Source: Macrostomum lignano (lineage: Eukaryota). From it: a DNA stretch of 21,383 bases. Position numbers and translations under genes: made by a program. Location of the stretch: NCBI GenBank assembly GCA_002269645.1, contig NIVC01000400.1, positions 1 to 21,383 on the forward strand, given 5' to 3'. Shown here piece by piece: positions 18,418 to 21,383 of this stretch. Position 1 is the first letter of the stretch, and each line of letters opens with the position of its first letter. Under the pieces are notes generated by a model. The model had not been told where the DNA came from. It saw only the letters and a program-made list of their open reading frames with translations, and ran no database searches.

Positions 18418-21383
18418 ACTTCCTCTGTAAACTGTGACTTAAATACCCCAACACTTAATGGTCAAAATAGTCAAAATATTATCCAGGCAAATGAAAAGCG
18501 GATACAATACACTAGAGAGTACCTCATTTCTATTAGAAATAACAATGCTCAAAAGATCAAAAAAATTCCTTACAATATCAAATCAAAATTCCTTGAATTT
18601 AATATTATCCAAAAAATTGATAAAGAAAAATTTACTATTAGCAGCTGGAATATCAATGGACTTTACACAATAAAAGACTCTGTGATGATTCCCAAACTTG
18701 AACTACTGGAAACTGAATCAATTTTTAAGAATAATATTCTCTGCCTTCAAGAAACTTGGATAATAGACACAAAAAATGAAAACAAGCGACTCAAAATCAA
18801 CAACCTGTCTGAAAACTACATGACATACCAAAAGCCTGCAAACAAAAAAGGCTGTAAATTCATTGGCAGAGCTTCTGGTGGATTATTAACAGCTTACAAA
18901 AAGTCACTAGATACACAATACAATGTTACAGAATCATTCAAACATTATAAAAACTTCTTGACACTAAATTTTAAACACAAAAAGGATAAAAACAAAAGCT
19001 TTACCTTAATAAACTCCTATATACCCCCACTGTCTTCAAAATATTATGAAGAAGAAAATTGGGAACAGTTAACAATTCTCCTGGATGCTTACCACTCCGA
19101 AGAAAACATCTTCCTTATTGGAGACTTCAATGCTCATATAAACAATACCTCATACATAGATTTAAATTCAATATATACCACCAGAGCAAAAAGCATCTCA
19201 CTTACTAGACAAAGCCAAGACAAGAAAACCTGCAAAAATGGTAGACTACTTAACCAGATTACTGACTCATACAACCTGCATCTAATCAATGGTAGATCAT
19301 TATCAGACACAAATGGTGAATTCACCTTTCTCTCAAAATCTGGTTCCTCTGTTATAGATCTCTGTTTCGTCTCTACCAGCTTACTCCAACACCTCGAAGA
19401 CTTTAAAGTAAAGAACCACACCTACTTTAGCGACGACAACCAAATAGTGCTCTCCCTATCAAGTGAATTCACAGAGGAAATCACAGAAACTAAACAAGCA
19501 ACCAATAACTCGAAAACGAGATATAGAGTCCTAAAAAAGTCACATAAACCCAACCTGCAACAAGAAAAACATATCAATAACTTCGCAAATGACCTGAAAA
19601 ACATGAATGACAAAATCACAAATCTAGACATACAAAACCCAGCTTTTATAAATGAATTAAGTAGAAAAGTTAGACAAATTCAAAACAACATCACAGTAGA
19701 GATAAAGAACCCACTATGCTCAACACTGCCTCGCTTCCTTAAAGATTTAAGAAACGCTGCTAGACATGCCTGCAGAAGATATAAAACCTTCCCTACTCCC
19801 AACAACCTCTCAAGCAAAGTACAACTCAAAAAAGCATACGAAAAAAGCTCACTTCATGGAAATTTGAAACAACTCTCTGTGCAGACAACATGATCAACCA
19901 AGCCTTTATTCAAAACGATACAAAACAACTTTGGAACTTATTAAAAACACCAAATCCCTCAAACAACAGAGTAACAATTGATGAAAAATTTATCATACAC
20001 TTTCAAAATCTTGTAACTGAACAAGACAGCAGCATTAGACTATCATACAATCTTCACCTTGACAACCCTATTCTGGCTGATTTAGAGGATTTCAATGCCC
20101 CATTCACCAAAGAAGAAGTTATAAAACATATTAAAAAGCTCAAAACCGACAAAGCACCTGGGCACGATAAAGTATATGTAGAAACACTCAAATACCTCGA
20201 GAACGAACTTGCTGACCTCCTATGCTCACTTTTCAACGAAGCACTCAAACAAGGAACCTTCCCAACTAGTTGGATAACAAATACACTTCATCCGATTTAT
20301 AAAAACAAAGGCAGCAGTGCCGACCCCAACAATTACAGAGGAATCTGCATTCAACCAATTCTTGGCAAGCTCTTTTGCCAAATTATTAAATCCAGACTCG
20401 AAAACCTAGCATACGCAAACAATCTTATATCAAAATACCAATACGGTTTCAAGCCCAATCACAGCACAATCGACCAATGTTTTAATCTTTACAACATTAT
20501 AAACCAATCCATCTACAACAAAGAAGAACTCTTTATTGGATTTGTTGACTATGAAAAAGCCTTCGATAGCTTAAATCAACCAACCCTTTGGCACAAAACG
20601 GATAACCAGGGTATTAAAGGTCAAATGACGGAACTTATCAAGAACATGCATAAAAATGCCTGCTTCATTCTAAAAAATGATGATGATGATGATGATGAAA
20701 CCCAGCCAATCCCAATATCTAAAGGTGTTCTTCAAGGCAACCCTCTCTCTACCATCCTTTTTGAACTATATATTGACGACATTGTTGAATATCTTGAACT
20801 CTCTAGCGCTAGGCGCTCTCTTACGAGATCTGCTTTCCCACTCATCCTACTCTTTGCAGACGATCAAGCCATTCTAGCTAAAAACAAAGACGAACTTCAA
20901 GACACATTTACGACTATGGAAAATTACTGCAAACAAAATTACTTGAAAGTAAACGCAAGCAAAACAAAGTTCATGCAGGGCAATACCAGACAAAAAAACG
21001 ACACAGAAAGCATTGCTACAAAAATATACTACGACAACCAAGAAATAGAGGAAGTAAATGAATTTAAATACCTGGGAATTATATATTTTTGAACCAAAAA
21101 ACAGCTTTAAAAAATGTATTGAACACCAAACTAAGCAGGGATATACAGCCATGTTTTCCCTACTCCATAGGGTAAAGAATACGTCCCTAGACATCACACT
21201 CATTCGCAGACTATTTGACGCGCTTGTTACCCCCGTTATCACTTACGGTTGTGAGCTCTGGGGCCCTCTGGCTACCATGTCTGATACAAAAGCTATTGAT
21301 AATATTCAGCTGAAATTCTACAAATATCTCCTCAATCTACCAAAATTTGCTAGCAACAGTGTGGTATCATCAGAACTTGAGCT
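18418..21383 (+). CDS. LINE ORF2: apurinic-like endonuclease + reverse transcriptase; two 1-nt shifts; incomplete at window end
   Basis: EN motifs SWNINGL (18643-18663), CLQETW, NSYIPP, GDFNAH, SSVIDL, SDD; RT motifs YRGI, QYGFK, FVDYEKAFDS, GVLQGNPLS, FADD, KYLG; shifts at A6 19841-19846 and T5 21086-21090. Confidence 0.92.
20679..20696 (+). repeat. (GAT)6 microsatellite encoding six Asp inside RT
   Basis: AAT (GAT)6 GAA read directly; in frame in ORF2. Confidence 0.9.

Larger units (their letters stand above)
17280..21383 (+). mobile_element. Two-ORF non-LTR retrotransposon, RTE-X/Daphne-like (clade unresolved), running off the right edge; 5' boundary approximate
   Basis: Purine/GC-rich 5' leader, PHD-type ORF1, APE-RT ORF2 with C-terminal LFDALVTPVITYGCELWG...QLKFYK...SEL. 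Confidence 0.88.

Overview
Eukaryotic (metazoan, probably invertebrate) genomic window that is almost entirely a cluster of transposable elements around one intact, intronless host-type gene. Left to right: (1) a minus-strand Ty3/Gypsy LTR retrotransposon (gag, -1 frameshift signal, PR-RT-RNaseH-IN pol, PBS, partial 5' LTR); (2) a 5'-truncated plus-strand R1/LOA-type LINE with RT, RNase H and CCHC; (3) a decayed minus-strand piggyBac transposon; (4) a secreted PAN/Apple + ConA-like/LamG protein gene; (5) a plus-strand RTE-X/Daphne-like LINE (PHD-containing ORF1, APE-RT ORF2) running off the right edge. The main discovery is hidden upstream of the ORF track's start codon: the Gypsy Gag-Pol transframe region encodes a clear cold-shock domain (RNP1 RGYGFL, RNP2 DIFFHV). 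It sits directly after the Gag CCHC knuckle, is reached only through a canonical UUUAAAC + stem/pseudoknot -1 frameshift, and is followed by a long coiled coil before the protease. Downstream of pol lies an array of small hairpins with a compensatory base change, plus a GGAG-tetraloop stem. The RTE-X-like LINE has ORF1 and ORF2 in one frame, separated by a single UGA with no AUG before the first endonuclease motif, and carries a 4E-BP-like YxxxxL-phi motif. All domain calls are by eye from motifs; no database search was run.
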